Assembly (NCBI GenBank): GCA_964016885.1
Contig: OZ024753.1
Coordinates: 46,314,001-46,378,000 of the forward strand
DNA length: 64,000 nt
Direction of reading: 5' to 3'
From: Eledone cirrhosa
Lineage: Eukaryota
The first letter of the stretch is position 1; the number at the start of each line of letters is the position of its first letter. Under the pieces are notes generated by a model. The model had not been told where the DNA came from, did no database searches, and saw only the letters and a program-made list of their open reading frames with translations. The position numbers were made by a program, and so were the translations under genes. This document shows positions 29,088-44,288 of this stretch, piece by piece.

Positions 29088-29610
29088 ACATATATACACA
29101 TATATACATTTATACATATATACAAACATATATATATACATAATATATATATACACGTGTATATGATCATCTTTTAATCATCAGACAGAAAGTCTACTAC
29201 TTACGTAGCAACATCTACATGCTGGAGTCTGTAGCCAAGGATTCAAAAAGACAATTAAACCAATCATTTTTATACCGTTAATATATACCATTTCTATTGA
29301 TGCATCACCAAATACTGTGTCGTTGCAGTGACATTTTCCATATTTCCCAATACAATGTCTCATGACTTTTTAACAAATGTATAGAGCCTGGTTGAACTGT
29401 TAAGAGGTTTTCTCCACCGTCACGAGGTTCCATGTTCAATCCTACAACTTGGTCATCATTTACAAGTGTATTTTATCACATAAGGGTGAAAGCAGCAATT
29501 CTTTGCTTAAACTTTAATCTGTTATTTTAATAAATATTTGCTCTATGGTTCTTATATATTTGATATATATTTATCCTCTTTATTCCCTCTTTGGAATTTA
29601 CTCTTCACAT

Positions 29611-29644
<34 letters not shown>

Positions 29645-30474
29645 TTATATAAATATAATGTAGTTTACATGAAGCATTGTGAGTTATGTAATAAAAGACC
29701 AATAATTTTCAGAAAGCCTGTGTAATGCAGAAGAATTCAAAGAGCAAATGATGAGAAATAAAACAAAACAAAGTAATTCTTTACTCAGTATATTTCACCA
29801 TGACATTTCAGAGGATAATAGCCATGAAATATATATAGAGAGAGTAGGGGTTCGGGAACAGGTTCCAAATGTATATAAAGGTTCCGAATGTATATAAATA
29901 CCACTACAACATAGAAAGCTAACCACAGGTCTTAAATCTAAGTGTGAAGACCATAAAAGAGCAGAGATTCAATTATGAGCAGGAAGATATTCACTTTAAG
30001 TCTCTCTTGAGACGTTATATTTCTATATTATGTTAAGACATATCATACATGCGCAGTCAAAGCTATTTTAATATATTATAACACAGGACTGTGCAGGAAA
30101 CTAATATCTCAATAATATCCATTTCCTACCTTTTCTGTCATTTGTGTATCTTGTAGTCTATATAATATATTAATTTGTCATCAACACCATCACAATCATC
30201 ATTATCATTACCATCATCACCATCACACTCCCCTTCGCCATCCTCACCATCACCACCACCATCAACACACTCACCATCAACCCCATCACAATTATCACCA
30301 CCATCATCATCACTACTATCATCAACAGAAATAACACCACCATCACCAACACTCTCACCATCAAGATCACAATCATCACCATCACCACCAACACTCTCAC
30401 CATCAAGATCACAATCATCACCATCACCACCATCATCATAATCACCAGTAATATTTTTCACTACCATTATTACA

Positions 30475-30588
30475 TTCAAATCCCGCCGAGGTTGACTTTG
30501 CCTTTCATCTTTACGGGGTCGATAAAATAAAGTACCAGTAATGCACTGGGTAATTGCTGGCCTTGTGCCTAAAGTAGAAACAATTATT
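30475..30588 (+). mobile_element. SINE family A, 5'-truncated
   Basis: ttcaaatcccgccgagg...aagtagaaacaattatt. Confidence 0.8.
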
Positions 30589-30931
30589 ACATTCCCTTAT
30601 TCATCAATGTTAAATTTAATTATATTTATTTATTTATTTGTTTTGTTTCTAATTATTCGATGTCTATTTTGTTTTTCAATTTCTGAAAATCGAAGCCTAG
30701 GGATTCCGTGCAGCTGAGCAATTAGTGTATTGGATACATTGATTTTGTCCATGATGATGCTGATGATGATGATGATAATGGTGGTGGAATGGTGGTGGAG
30801 TGGAGTGAAGGTGATGGAGTGGGGTTGAGGGAGTGGAAGTGGTGGAGGTGATAGTGTTATTGATTCTGTTGATCTTTTTGTTATTATTGTGGTTATCACT
30901 TCACCTGCCCTTGTTCTGATTGTCATTAGTT

Positions 30932-31000
<69 letters not shown>

Positions 31001-31143
31001 AGTTGAAGGACCCAGCATATTTATCAATACCAGTACCAGTTGTATCTCAGCGCACTCAATGGGCAATGTAAGATACATTACCAGAGTATACACATAGTTA
31101 TTTGCCTCAACACAACACACGTAAAACGGGTGCCTATAAGATT

Positions 31144-31253
31144 CTCAGACTCGAGTTTCTGCAGCACTAATGCAGCAGTAAGGTGCACTGCACCATCTGT
31201 CTGCATATATTATGCAACAATGCACAATCGGCTTATGCGGCTTCATCAGCGGG
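31144..31253 (-). ncRNA. Hammerhead relic with long stem II
   Basis: Minus strand: cccg-CTGATGA-A-GCCGCATAA...TTAGTGCTGC-A-GAAA-CTCGAG-TC-tgag. Palindrome ACTCGAGT; stem I degenerate. Confidence 0.6.
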
Positions 31254-31839
31254 TATCACCTAATCAATAACCAATCGATCGACAATATATATACGTAGCT
31301 GATCTCTAGGACTTTTACGAAGTGCTGAGAGGATAACTTTAATATAAATAGAAGTGTGCTCATGTGCAGAGATGCTATAAAACAGTTTACAAAGTAGGGT
31401 GAAGATCCTTAGAGATAGCAAATGAAGTTGCAATCAGCCACTCTGTATCTGGGTGTCAAGAAGACCGTTTCTTCCCAGCAGACAATGACACACACACATA
31501 TACATATATATATATCTTATGAAATAGGGCAAAGACCTTTAGAATCAGAAAAAGAAGTTGTGTGTCTATATATATATACATATAAATATAAAATTAGCGA
31601 GAATCGCATTTCAGCGGGTAGAAATTAGCAAAACGCAACTTCCATATTGTGCAGCCAAGCGCTCCATGCATATGAAGAGGATAGCAGAGCTATAAACATA
31701 AGTTAAAATGGTCATACATGCTGAGACGATGGTTAAGAAGCCATAGCCACCATAGTCAAAAAAGCGAACAAGCCAAACGGGTCAAACAAAATGAGATATG
31801 ATTGAAATATATATATGTGTGTGAAATATAATGATTGAA

Positions 31840-31871
<32 letters not shown>

Positions 31872-32069
31872 TTGAATATATCTATGCATTACTGATGGTA
31901 ATTAGTCGATCTGAACACAGAGGAACAAATCTTTCAATATTGTTGTTTCGGATTTAATTACTATGAGGCATCTGCCATATTGACTTGTGTGGGTATGTGG
32001 GTGTGAAATTTCCACAGACTGAATTCTACTGAGAACATTGCATACACTAACACACATGTATCTATGAAG

Positions 32070-32102
<33 letters not shown>

Positions 32103-33555
32103 CATACATATATATATATTTGTGTTATAAGGCGTTGGGTAACCAGGGTTGTGTCTATGTTAGAAACCGGCTCTCTCTCTCTCTCTCTCTCTCTCTATTG
32201 GTGGAAAAAATAAAACCAGAAGAATATACATACATAGAGATATACATACACATGTTATAATTTTTAAACAATGTATTAAAGTGACTAATGCAGCAATGAA
32301 TACTGACAAGAGAATTGAACCGTGCACCACAACATGAAGCAAGAACAAGTTCTAGAAATGGTAGCTACTGCCCCATGTTAGCAGTGTAAGGCAACACTAA
32401 AGCCATTCCATACAAATTTGTGATTGGACACAGCATAGACAAAATACTAACAAAAAATGTGTGTACATAACAGAATTTAATGAAGATGGATCGACAGAAA
32501 AGTGAATTAATAGGCAATTAAAAGTTGCTCTCTAAGAAATTCTTTCTATCTACAGAAGGAAGAAACAGAGACATGCATCCTTTAATTAACCTACTTTACG
32601 GGTAGCCATGACACTTTAGAGGGAAATTGGGTTTGACCCTTATAAAATATGTCACCCCACACCAAATCCCATGATATTTAAAACAATAAAATAATGGAAA
32701 GACAATACTACATAAAATATAATAATATCAAGGGAAAAAGTAATTATATAAAAATAAAGATACTAGAGAAAGAAAGATGGCCGTCTAACATGGACAGAAA
32801 AATAAAAATATAGGAAACAACTTATGAAGAAAATATAATTATCAGAAAATAGAAGCCATATTGGCGAGTAGTGAAGGAATATGAAATCAACTCCTCTTGT
32901 TGTTGATGGATGTTTTGGTGGTGGTGGTGTGATGGTGATGTGGTGGTGGTGTGGTGGTGTGGTGGTGGTGGTGTTGTAGTGGTGATGTGGTGGTGGTGTT
33001 GTGGTGGTGATGTGATGGTGGTGGTGATGGTGATGTGGTGGTGGTGTGGTGGTGGTGTGGTGGTGGTGGTGGTGTTGTAGTGGTGATGTGGTGGTGGTGT
33101 TGTAGTGGTGATGTGGTGGTGGTGGTGTTGTGGTGGTGATGTTGTGATGGTGTTGTGGTAGTGGTGGTGTTGTGGTAGTGGAGATGTTGGTTGTGGTGAT
33201 GTTGTGGTAGTGGAGATGTTGGTTGTGGTGATGTTGGTGTTGTGGTGGTGGTGGTTATGGTGTTGTGGTGGTGGTGTTGTTGTTGTTGTTGTGGTGGTGG
33301 TGATGTTGTGGTGGTGTCGTGGTGGTGGGGGTGATGGTGTTGTGGTGGTATTAATGTTAATTTTTTTTGCTGTCGTTTTTGTTGTTGCTGTTGGTGGTGA
33401 TGGTGATAGTAATCTTGATGATGGTGGAAGTGGTGACGGTGTTGGTGACAGTGTTGGTGGGTCTTTTTGTTGTTTTTGCTGTTGTTGTAGTCACTTTTGT
33501 TGATGATGGAGATGGTGGTGGTGAAGTTGATGGTTCATACATGTCTTCCTGTATA

Positions 33556-33738
33556 ATTGTTTCTACTTTTGGCACAAGGCCAGCAATTACCCAGTGTATT
33601 ACTGGTACTTTATTTTATCGACCCCATAAGGATGAAAGGCAAAGTTAACCTCGGCGGGATTTGAACTCAGACCATAAAGGGACGTAACTATGCTGCAAAG
33701 CAGGGCATCAGACCCTCTACCGATACTGCCAATCCACC
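33556..33738 (-). mobile_element. SINE family A
   Basis: Full-length reverse complement copy. Confidence 0.85.
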
Positions 33739-33899
33739 TACTGTGGCACCCTCTATACAGGTAGATGAAGGCAACAAGTTACTTAGTAACCTTCTCTTGC
33801 ACCAGGTTACTCATAAGCCAGAAAGTATTTATATAGAACATACAAAAGAAGGAGTAAAAACAATAGCAGCCATTATCGTTAGCATCAACATTATTATTA

Positions 33900-35430
33900 C
33901 TATCATCATCATCATCAACAAAAGCAGCATAATCATCATTATCATCATCATTATCATCATCATCATTATCATCATCATTATCATCATCATCATCATTATC
34001 ATCATCATTATCATCATCATCATTATCATCACCATCATTATCATCATCACTATCATGTTAATTACAACAGCAATAATTACAATAATGATGACAACAGCAA
34101 AAAGATTACCCCACCACCACCATCAACACTGTCACCACCACCACCACTATAACCAGCACAACCACTGTCACCACCACGATCACCACCACCACCACCACCA
34201 CTGTCACCACCATCACCATCACCACCATCATCACCACCACCACCACCATTACTATCACCACCACCATCACCATTACTACCACCACCACCATTACCACCAC
34301 CACCACCATCACCACAAACATCACCACCACCACCACCACCGGCATGACCACCACCACCACCACCGACATGACCACCACCACCACTACCACCACTGTCACC
34401 ACCACCATTACCACCATTGTCACCACCACCACCACCATCACCACAACCAGCACCGACATGACCACCACCACCACCACCACCACCATTACCACCACTGTCA
34501 CCACCATTGTCACCACCACTGTCACCACCACCACCATTGTCACCACCACCAAGACCACCACGACCAACACCACCACCACCACCACCATTACCACCACTGT
34601 CACCACCATTACCACCACCACCATTACCACCACTGTCACCACCACCACCACCAACATCACCACAACCACCACCAACATCACCACCACCACCGATATGACC
34701 ACCACCACCACCATTACCACCACTGTCACCATCATTACCATCACCACCATTGTCACCACCACCAACATCACCACCACCAACACCACCACCACCAACACCA
34801 CCACCACTACCACCACCAACATCACCACAACCACCACCAACATCACCACCACCACCGACATGACCACCACCACCACCATTACCACCACCACCATTACCAC
34901 CACCAACATCACCACAACCACCGACATGACCACCACCACCACCACCACCACCATTACCACCACCACCATTACCACCACCAACATCACCACAACCACCGAC
35001 ATGACCACCACCACCACCACCACCATTACCACCACCACCATTACCACCACCAACATCACCACAACCACCGACATGACCACCACCACCACCACCACCATTA
35101 CCACCACCACCATTACCACCACCAACATCACCACAACCACCGACATGACCACCACCACCACCACCACCACCATTACCACCACCACCATTACCACCACCAA
35201 CATCACCACAACCACCGACATGACCACCACCACCACCACCACCACCACCATTACCACCACCACCATTACCACCACCAACATCACCACAACCACCGACATG
35301 ACCACCACCACCACCACCACCATTACCACCACCAACATCACCACCACCGACATGACCACCACCACCGACATGACCACCACCACCACCAACACCACCACCA
35401 CCATAACCACCACCATTACCACCACCACCA
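33900..35430. repeat. (ATC)n then (CAC)n-derived higher-order minisatellite
   Basis: Repeated caacatcaccacaaccaccgacatgaccaccacc...attaccaccaccaccattacc units. Confidence 0.92.
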
Positions 35431-35743
35431 CCAGAACAACGATGACAACAGTATTTACAACAGCAACAAAAACCGCATCAACAACAACAACTAGGTTAAC
35501 ACAACAACAACTGTTGCAGTCATTTCTCGAAGTTCTACCAAATGTCTTCTATATAAAAATAAAACAAGAATCGATTCAGTTAGAAATTGACCAGCAATTG
35601 TCTTTACGATTCAATTCCTTTTACATATTTTTTCCATTTACTATAATAGATTTCTTATCATTCACTCTCGCTTCTCTACTTCCTCTCTCTCTCTCACAAC
35701 CTTCAGTTGTTCATGCACGAATGCATGTATCTGTTCACGCTTG

Positions 35744-35774
<31 letters not shown>

Positions 35775-36063
35775 GCTACTACTACTACTACCAAGAGCAA
35801 CACCAAAACTGCACACACATATACACATACAAAAATATATATGTATGCATGTATATGTAGGTATTCTAAGTAGAAAATTGGCAGTGACTTCGAAGTTTCA
35901 GATTCGTGGCTTCAACTAAAATCACGACGGTACTGCCACATCTCTACACTCAACCTACAGCTTACATTTTAACTTTAGTGGGACTAGAACTGTTTCTAGT
36001 GATTATTTTGGCGTAAACGCTTTGCGCTGGCCTCAGGGGTGGAGGATTGAAGACACCCGAGAG

Positions 36064-36147
<84 letters not shown>

Positions 36148-36233
36148 TTATTCCTAGGTATATTCAAGGACATATATATATATATAAAATAAAAATGGCG
36201 TAGATATACAATACAACAGGAGGAACATAATAG

Positions 36234-36277
36234 TACCACTGATGATGTTGCAGATGTGCAACGAAAGAACTTTGTTA
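36234..36277 (+). ncRNA. Hammerhead relic
   Basis: cca-CTGATGA-T-GTTGCA-gatg-TGCAAC-GAAA-GAAC-TT-tg, between TA-rich tracts. Confidence 0.6.
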
Positions 36278-36705
36278 GACTATATATATGTGTTTATATC
36301 TATATTATATCTGTATTTTTGACCGTTGGTCAGTCAATGGTAAACATTGAGGACCGAATAAATTAACTGTGGAGATATAAAAGATACAAAAGCGAAAACC
36401 AACCAAACAGTGAATGTGTTCTGTTATTATTTCTGGCAATATTATTACAACAATATGACCCTCCCCAAGTATAACAATATTTGTTTCGTCACACGATTTC
36501 ATATCAAAAACCTCGCAAAACAAATTCATCACCGATGCACTGGGTAATTGCTGGCCTTGTGCCTAAAGTAGAAACAGTTATATATATATATATATTATGA
36601 CTACGTAGTGAGTCTTGTTACATCAATATTCAAACTCCACTTTGGCATTGAGTACTCCTTTCTCTCGTTCATCAACTACAAACGGAGGAATATATATATA
36701 TATAA

Positions 36706-37112
36706 ACACCCACAAAGTTATTAACCATCTCGCCAACAACAACCCTGAGCACCTTTTTGATCTCCATGTGTCTAACACACGTGGATATGCCTACAAAATC
36801 AGAAAACAGCACAGCTCCCATGACTTTCAGAAACATTTTTTCACGCTCAGAGTTGCTGAAGCATGGAACAAACTGCCTGCGTCAGTTGTTAGCTGCCGAG
36901 ACACTGCATCCTTTAAAACCCTCATGCTTCCCGAAATTCGCCAAAACTACACCTGATGTACCCCTTCCACACACATGCACACATGTGTATATCATGACTC
37001 ATGCACTGTTCATTTTCCTGACGTTTGTACATTGCCCTATGTACTGTACATACACTTTTTGATGAGTTGTAGTGCACCTGAGCACTGTACACAATATTTC
37101 ATTATTATTATT
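36706..37112 (+). mobile_element. CR1/L2-type LINE 3' end
   Basis: NTRGYAYKI..FQKHFFTLRVAEAWNKLPASVV..SFK, then 3' UTR and (att)n tail. Confidence 0.8.
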
Positions 37113-37127
37113 ATATATAGAAGGGCG

Positions 37128-37270
37128 TGGATTGGCAGTATCGGAAGAGGGTCGGACTCCATGCTTTCCAGCATAATTACGTCCCTTTACGATCTGAGTT
37201 CAAATCCCGCCGAGGTTGACTTTGCCTTTCATCCTTACGGGGTCGATAAAATAAAGTACCAGTAATGAAC
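37128..37270 (+). mobile_element. SINE family A, 3'-truncated
   Basis: Matches 4372-4510. Confidence 0.8.
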
Positions 37271-37329
37271 TGGCCGCGTGATATGTAGCAAAGAAAGAAC
37301 TGACTAGTGAGAAAAGGAAATACACACAC

Positions 37330-37373
<44 letters not shown>

Positions 37374-38136
37374 TATAAAAATACATACATACATATATGC
37401 ACATATATACATACATATATGCACATACATACATACATATACACACATATCTGTATATATAACATACCTGGACTGTCAGTTGGAAATTACTGAATATCCA
37501 AGTGAGGTTTCTGTAAATCCGAAATCAACAAAATCCACTTGTGGTGTATACACGTTAGGTTTCTGGATATCGAACAGTGGAATTTACTTTCTCAACAGAC
37601 TTTCGTTCTAAGCTAAAACCCGGTGCGAAGCACATGTTACTCCCAAGGGAGGTAACTCCGATTTCTGACGGACAATTCAAAAATTATGGGCGATGGAAAA
37701 AATTCCATGCACAAAATATATATATATATATATATCATTTATTTTGTTTGACCTGTTTAGCTTGATTTGTTTTTTGGCTTAGGTGGTTAATGCCTTCTTA
37801 ACCACTTTTTCAGTTTGTATGGCGTTTTAACATATTGTTTAGCTCTAGTTTTTTAACTATTGAGCGTTTGCCAGCATTTCTACGATTTTGCGTTTCGTTT
37901 CGCTCTTTCTACCAGCCGAAATACGATTCTCGCTGAATTATATTTATATATATAACTTCAAAGCAGTAAGATAATATTTAATTCACACATAATTTTACAC
38001 ACAGAGGTAATACTTCATTCATAAAAGATGAATTATTGTATCAAAGTGTCAAATAAACCCTTCTTGTTTTTCTTTTTCTTTCACTCATGACTGAACTTAT
38101 TGTAGCATCATGACGAAGAGAGAAAGAGAGTGTATG

Positions 38137-38208
<72 letters not shown>

Positions 38209-38315
38209 AACACAAACACGAGTGTCGTATTATTATAGTTGATTCTGACAACCATTTATAAGATAGCGGAAAATGGATATGACAGCAGTAGTAGTAGTAG
38301 TAGTAGTAGTAGTAG

Positions 38316-38394
<79 letters not shown>

Positions 38395-38665
38395 AGATGT
38401 GCGCCAACAATGTACGTGTACGATAAAGACATATCTGTATAAATACACAGTGAGTAACCGAAACTGCATTAAAGTATATAAATATATAGTCATATCTAAT
38501 GTGTAGGTATGTAGTCCTAATGTTGATGTCAGCACAGGTACGACAAACACATTGGGACCTCTGGTTTATTGGGCAGAGAAAGTTCAGAAGACTATATGTT
38601 TTCTTATACCGATATTATATTACCTGGTTACTATTTCCTTTATATCTGTCTATCCGTGTAATGTA

Positions 38666-38716
<51 letters not shown>

Positions 38717-38781
38717 GTTTACATGTGTGTATACGTATATATGTTTCTTTGTATTATGTATATATATATATATATATATAT

Positions 38782-38820
<39 letters not shown>

Positions 38821-38880
38821 TAGATATATATGTGTGTGTGTGTATATATCTGTATATGTATGTATATATGTATATATCTG

Positions 38881-38955
<75 letters not shown>

Positions 38956-39253
38956 ATATGTAGCTGAAATAGCTACATCTGTAATTCGTCCACGTCCGTG
39001 TCTCACAAACTATCATATTTCAGTGAAGCCACCTGCCCCCCATTTCTGCCATAGAATCTTATTAGTATTCCAAACTTAAAAGCAACAATAATATATTCCT
39101 AACATGGCTGACTATGAATTAGTTATATTCTCATACCCAATACCAGAACATGGCGGAGAAGATTGAATCGGAAAATTACACACAAAACTCATTTCGCTAT
39201 TGTTTCCGTTATTAATATGTGATTTCAATTTGGAAAATTGTTTTATTCGACTG

Positions 39254-39305
<52 letters not shown>

Positions 39306-39570
39306 GTATAGAGAATGGGGAGCAAAAGGGGGGGGGTGAGAGAAGGGGAATGAAAGAGACAGATAGAGAGAGGGAGATGGAGTGATAAATAAATAGAAAT
39401 ATATGTGTTCATCTTCCAAATAACCTGTTACTATAGTAGAAGACACTTCCCCACGGTGCCACCCAAAGCATTAAAGCCAAATACAGTGTTTGCGAAGTGA
39501 ATTCCTTAACCACACACCAATTCGGCCTTATTGAGAGGAATCCTATATGGGAATCTAGTTGATCGCCATT

Positions 39571-39757
39571 GGTGGATTAGCAGTATCGGTAGAGGGTCGG
39601 CAGCCATGCTTTGCAGCATAGAGTTACGGCTCTTTATGATCTGAGTTTAAATCCTGCCGAGGTTAACTTTGCCTTTCATCCTTACGGGGTCGATAAAATA
39701 AAGTACCAGTAATACACTGGATTTTGCTGGCCTTGTGCCAAAAGTAGAAACAATTAT
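39571..39757 (+). mobile_element. SINE family A
   Basis: Full-length copy. Confidence 0.85.
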
Positions 39758-40644
39758 TTTTGCCAGTCGACAGTCCCATGTATGAACATCTATATTGAGT
39801 ACATTCTCTTCATTTGTCAGGTTTTAGTTGTTGACAGAAAGCGAAAATAGTATTCCAGGTTGACATCCTAAGATTTTGAACTCAGATCGCAGAGAGCCGA
39901 AAACGAATACTGCAAAACATTCTGTGACGTTCTGCCACCTTCTGGAATATATTAGTACAATAATAACAGGTGCAGAAGTGACCGGGTAAACACTTGTAGC
40001 GACACCAGTTCATTCCTATCAACGTTGTTATTGCTTTGAGATTTTGACCAAATCATTCGGTGGGTCACTCGACTTGTTAGATCAAGCAAATAAATAAACC
40101 TTATATCGCACACAAACGTATTTGATGAAGACTTGGTTACTATTTCTAGCAGGTCGAGTATCTTGATAGAGGTTTATTCGATGCGTCCCTCGTTTCGAAA
40201 AAAAAAACAGCAGACAAAAAAAAATATGATATATGTGGGGGGAAAATGATGTATGAAATTGAATCCAATTATCTGATATATTGCTGCCATAGAGAAGAAG
40301 TAAGCAGCCAGGCGAAATTCACTTTATTTTCAAACTATTTAAGTGAGACAAAGACATAAAGAGAATGATGAGGATTCCAATTTAATTCATACGGTAGCTG
40401 TAATCATATGCAAGAGGTTCTAGTCCCTGGAAATTATATTGAGGCTAGGAACGAATGATGTATGATTTATTCAAGGTTTAGCCAATGGTGCGAAATAACG
40501 AAGAGTAATTTAATTTAGATTTTTTCTGTTGTTTTGTTTTTCTTTCTTTTTGGGGTTTTGTAGTAATGAGATAAAAGATGTGTAGCAACACAAAGACATG
40601 TTACTCCTTTTGCGGTTCCATACATTTCTCTCTCTAGCTGCTAT

Positions 40645-41340
40645 TTGGCTGACTGGTTGGCTGGTTAGATGGGTGGATGGCTGGTTGGTTGGATGGGTGG
40701 TTGTCTGGATGGATGGCTGGTTGGCTGGAGGTTTTGCTGGCTGGCTGGTTGGCTGGTTAGATGGGTGGATGGCTGGTTGGTTGGATGTGTGGTTGTCTGG
40801 ATGGATGGATGGCTGGAGGGTTTGCTGGATGGATGGCTGGTTGGTTGGTTGGTAAGCTGGCTGGTTGGTTGGCTGGGTATATGGCTAGTTGGGTGGTTGG
40901 GCAGTTGGATAGGTGGTTGGCTGGTTAGTTGCCTGGTTGTTCGGGTGGATGGCTGGTTGGATGGTTGGCTGGTTGGGCGGTTGGAAGGATGGCTGGCTGG
41001 TTTGCTGGTTAGATGGCTGGATGGATGGTTGGTTGGCTGGATGGTTGACTAGTTAGTTGGCTGGCTGCGCGGGTGGTTGGATGGTTGAATGGTTGGTTTT
41101 CTGGCTGGCTGGCTCGTTAACTGGTTTGCAAGTTAGCTGGCAGGATATTTTATTGGCTGGTGGGGTGGTTGGCTGGCTCGTTAGCTGGCAGGATATTTTA
41201 TTGGCTGGCTGGATGGAAAGCAGGCTTACTTTTCGTTTGCGCTATTAGTTAGCTGGCTGACTGATTGGTTTGTTACTTGATAGGTTATTTAATTGGTTGA
41301 TTGGCTTATTGAACAGTGAGCTGGTTAGTTGGTTGTTAGT
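40645..41340. repeat. Degenerate (GGYT/GGAT)n tetranucleotide array
   Basis: Direct observation. Confidence 0.9.
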
Positions 41341-41562
41341 GCTGATGCACTGGCTTCTTGGTTGATTGGTTGTTGACCAGCTCGTGTCTTTCGTAAGTCG
41401 GAATATACTAGTACAATGAGCTTCTAGGTGGACAGTTTGGTAGGCTACATGAACAGTTTGGTAGGCTACATGAACAGTTTGGTAGGCTACATGACAACCC
41501 CTAAGAAGCGCAGCGAAAGATCAAGTGGTAGGGTTGGAGGAGGGGTTGAGTGGGGCAACAGA

Positions 41563-41745
41563 TTTGTCGATCTGAGCTGGCCAGCTGCAGGTGCGAGCCC
41601 CGCGAGTTGGAGTGGCTTTTCCAGCGCGTCTCCCTTGTCGTCCTCCGGGGAAACGCCTTCTCCATTCTGTCCGCCGGGGCTGTGGGGAGACAAGCCGATT
41701 ATATTACGAATTCTGTTGAATAGTCTTAAATACCCAAGTAGGTCA
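41563..41745 (+). mobile_element. CRE-like retrotransposon 3' fragment (same family as 9.4-9.9 kb)
   Basis: Encodes ELASCRCEPRELEWLFQRVSLVVLRGNAFSILSAG; near-identical to the reverse complement of 9580-9690. Confidence 0.75.
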
Positions 41746-42144
41746 TGTAGAGATTTGAACCCATAACACAAAGAACAGAAATATATAGCACAACAGAATC
41801 CCGTCCGACGCTCTAATGCTTCTGCCATTCCATTGCCACAAAACTGGTATTTATCGTCCGTGGAAGAATGAAAAGTTCAGTTGACCTCAGTTGACCTCCT
41901 AGGAATTTTGTCTCACGTGCTAACGCCTCTGCCAATTAGCCACCAATTCGTCGTGATATTGTTATTGATGTTGCTGTTGTTGCTTAACCATAAACTGTTG
42001 ATGGTTTATCAAACCTTGTATCGACGACATTCCAGTCGTGGCTATCACATCACATATTTTTGCTTCGCTAGCCATAGTCTACTTCGGCTTAAATTTTCAA
42101 GACAATCTGTCGGCTTGTTTCACTTTATTTTTCTCTCTCCCTCC

Positions 42145-42189
<45 letters not shown>

Positions 42190-42669
42190 TCTCTCTATGT
42201 AAATATATAATTCTATCTATCTCAGTCTCTGTCTCTCTCATTGCCTGTATGTCTGCCACTCTCTCACCACCAGTCTGCCTTTCTCTCTCTCTCTCTCTCG
42301 TAAAAATTTCGAAAAATCAAGACAAACAACAACACAAACAACAATAAAATACTAGTGAAATGAATTCCACATTCGATTCTCCATCGGAAATGTATTTTCT
42401 TGCAAGCGAATATGGCAAAGATTGTTATCTTTTAATGAATATTATAATTAGAAGATGATGGCTAACCATGATAATATATAGACACACACATTATATATAT
42501 GTGTATGTTGGTCATGATGTTGATGATGATGGCGCTGATGATGACGATGATGATGATGACGCTGTCGACGAGGAGGAGGGAGATAATGATAGTGGTGGGA
42601 GCGGAGTGATAATAATGTCATATAATCGAAATATCGTTCTTGGGGATGTCATCTGGATCGATATGGATT

Positions 42670-43080
42670 CATCATCACCAGCACCATCACTAACATCATT
42701 ACCATCATCACCAGCACCATCACTAACATCATTACCATCATCACCAGCACCATCACTAACATCATTACCATCATCACCACCACCATCACTAACATCATTA
42801 CCATCATCACCACCACCATCACTAACATCATTACCATCATCACCACCACCATCACTAACATCATTACCATCATCATCACCACCATCACTAACATCATTAC
42901 CATCATCATCACCACCATCACTAACATCATTACCATCATCACCACCACCATCACTAACATCATTACCATCATCACCACCACCATCACTAACATCATTACC
43001 ATCATCACCACCACCATCACTAACATCATTACCATCATCACCACCACCATCATCAACATCACCACCTCCAACATCATTAT
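42670..43080. repeat. 30-bp minisatellite
   Basis: ccatcactaacatcattaccatcatcacca repeated about 12-13 times. Confidence 0.95.
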
Positions 43081-43206
43081 AACTACAATTCCCGTCTACT
43101 GTTTTCTTTTTGTTGATGTATCCTTTCCTTTACTGCATGTAAAGCCCATACTGTGCTATGTTGCTGTTTGTATATGTAATATCTCCAACGTTTGGGCCTT
43201 TGTGGG

Positions 43207-43286
<80 letters not shown>

Positions 43287-43341
43287 GGTGCCCTAGCATG
43301 GCCTCAGCCGGATGGCTCGAACAGGCAAAAGAGTAAAAGAG

Positions 43342-43374
<33 letters not shown>

Positions 43375-44222
43375 GTATATATATAATTATAGAGAGAGGG
43401 GGTAGAAAGAGACACAGTAATAATAATAATAATAATAATAATAATAGTCATATTGATGGTGATGGTGGTGGCCCCCAAGTGGCTAAATCTGTTGTTTATT
43501 GTACAAACACAACCCCCGGTTGTTGCTTTTTTGTTTTGTTTTTATAGAAACAAAACATGGCGAACGAAAATAACTGTTGGAGAGAAAGCATCAGCCAGTT
43601 CTCCCCAAACTGGAACAGGCGAAGTTCAACAAGTTCAGTAGACATCAAACGTAGCAACAACAACAAAAAACAAAGCACGGGAATTAAATTCTGAGATTGA
43701 TTTCCCACAACTGAAAAGTATCACACCACCACCATCACAACAACAACAACATAAACTACCAAGACAACCAAACAACATCAACAACAACCACACCAAGACT
43801 AACGCCATCACCACAACAACAACAACAACATAAATCATCTTGAAACCTTAAACAACTACAACAACATCAACAGCAACAACATGAACAAAACCGACAGCAG
43901 TAAGAAAAGATATCGCAAGTGCAAAAAACGAAATATTTCCACTAAGCGTTGGAAAACAAAATCTGTGATTTGGCAGAAGCCAAAAATATTTAAAAAATTT
44001 GAAGGCGGGAAGGTAACAGTTGTGGTTCCAATTGAGTTAGGGTCAGAAATGGAACCTAGAACTGTCAACTACAGATGTATTTCCATGCAGAGCAGAAGAC
44101 CCGAAATAGCCACGGCTATTCATGTAGAGAAAACTCTGAGAGAAATAATAGCAGGCGTGACCCACGGACAAAGAGCAAGACAGTTTGCTAGAGTCGAGGT
44201 CCTCTTCAAATATATATATATA

Positions 44223-44288
<66 letters not shown>

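Noticed and set aside
33743-35873. Long His-, Thr- and Val-rich ORFs (583, 509, 441 aa)
   Set aside because: Translations of CAC/ATC repeats, open in several frames and on both strands; no coding signature.
42670-43080. 30-bp repeat array resembling CRISPR
   Set aside because: Contiguous tandem units with no unique spacers; eukaryotic context.
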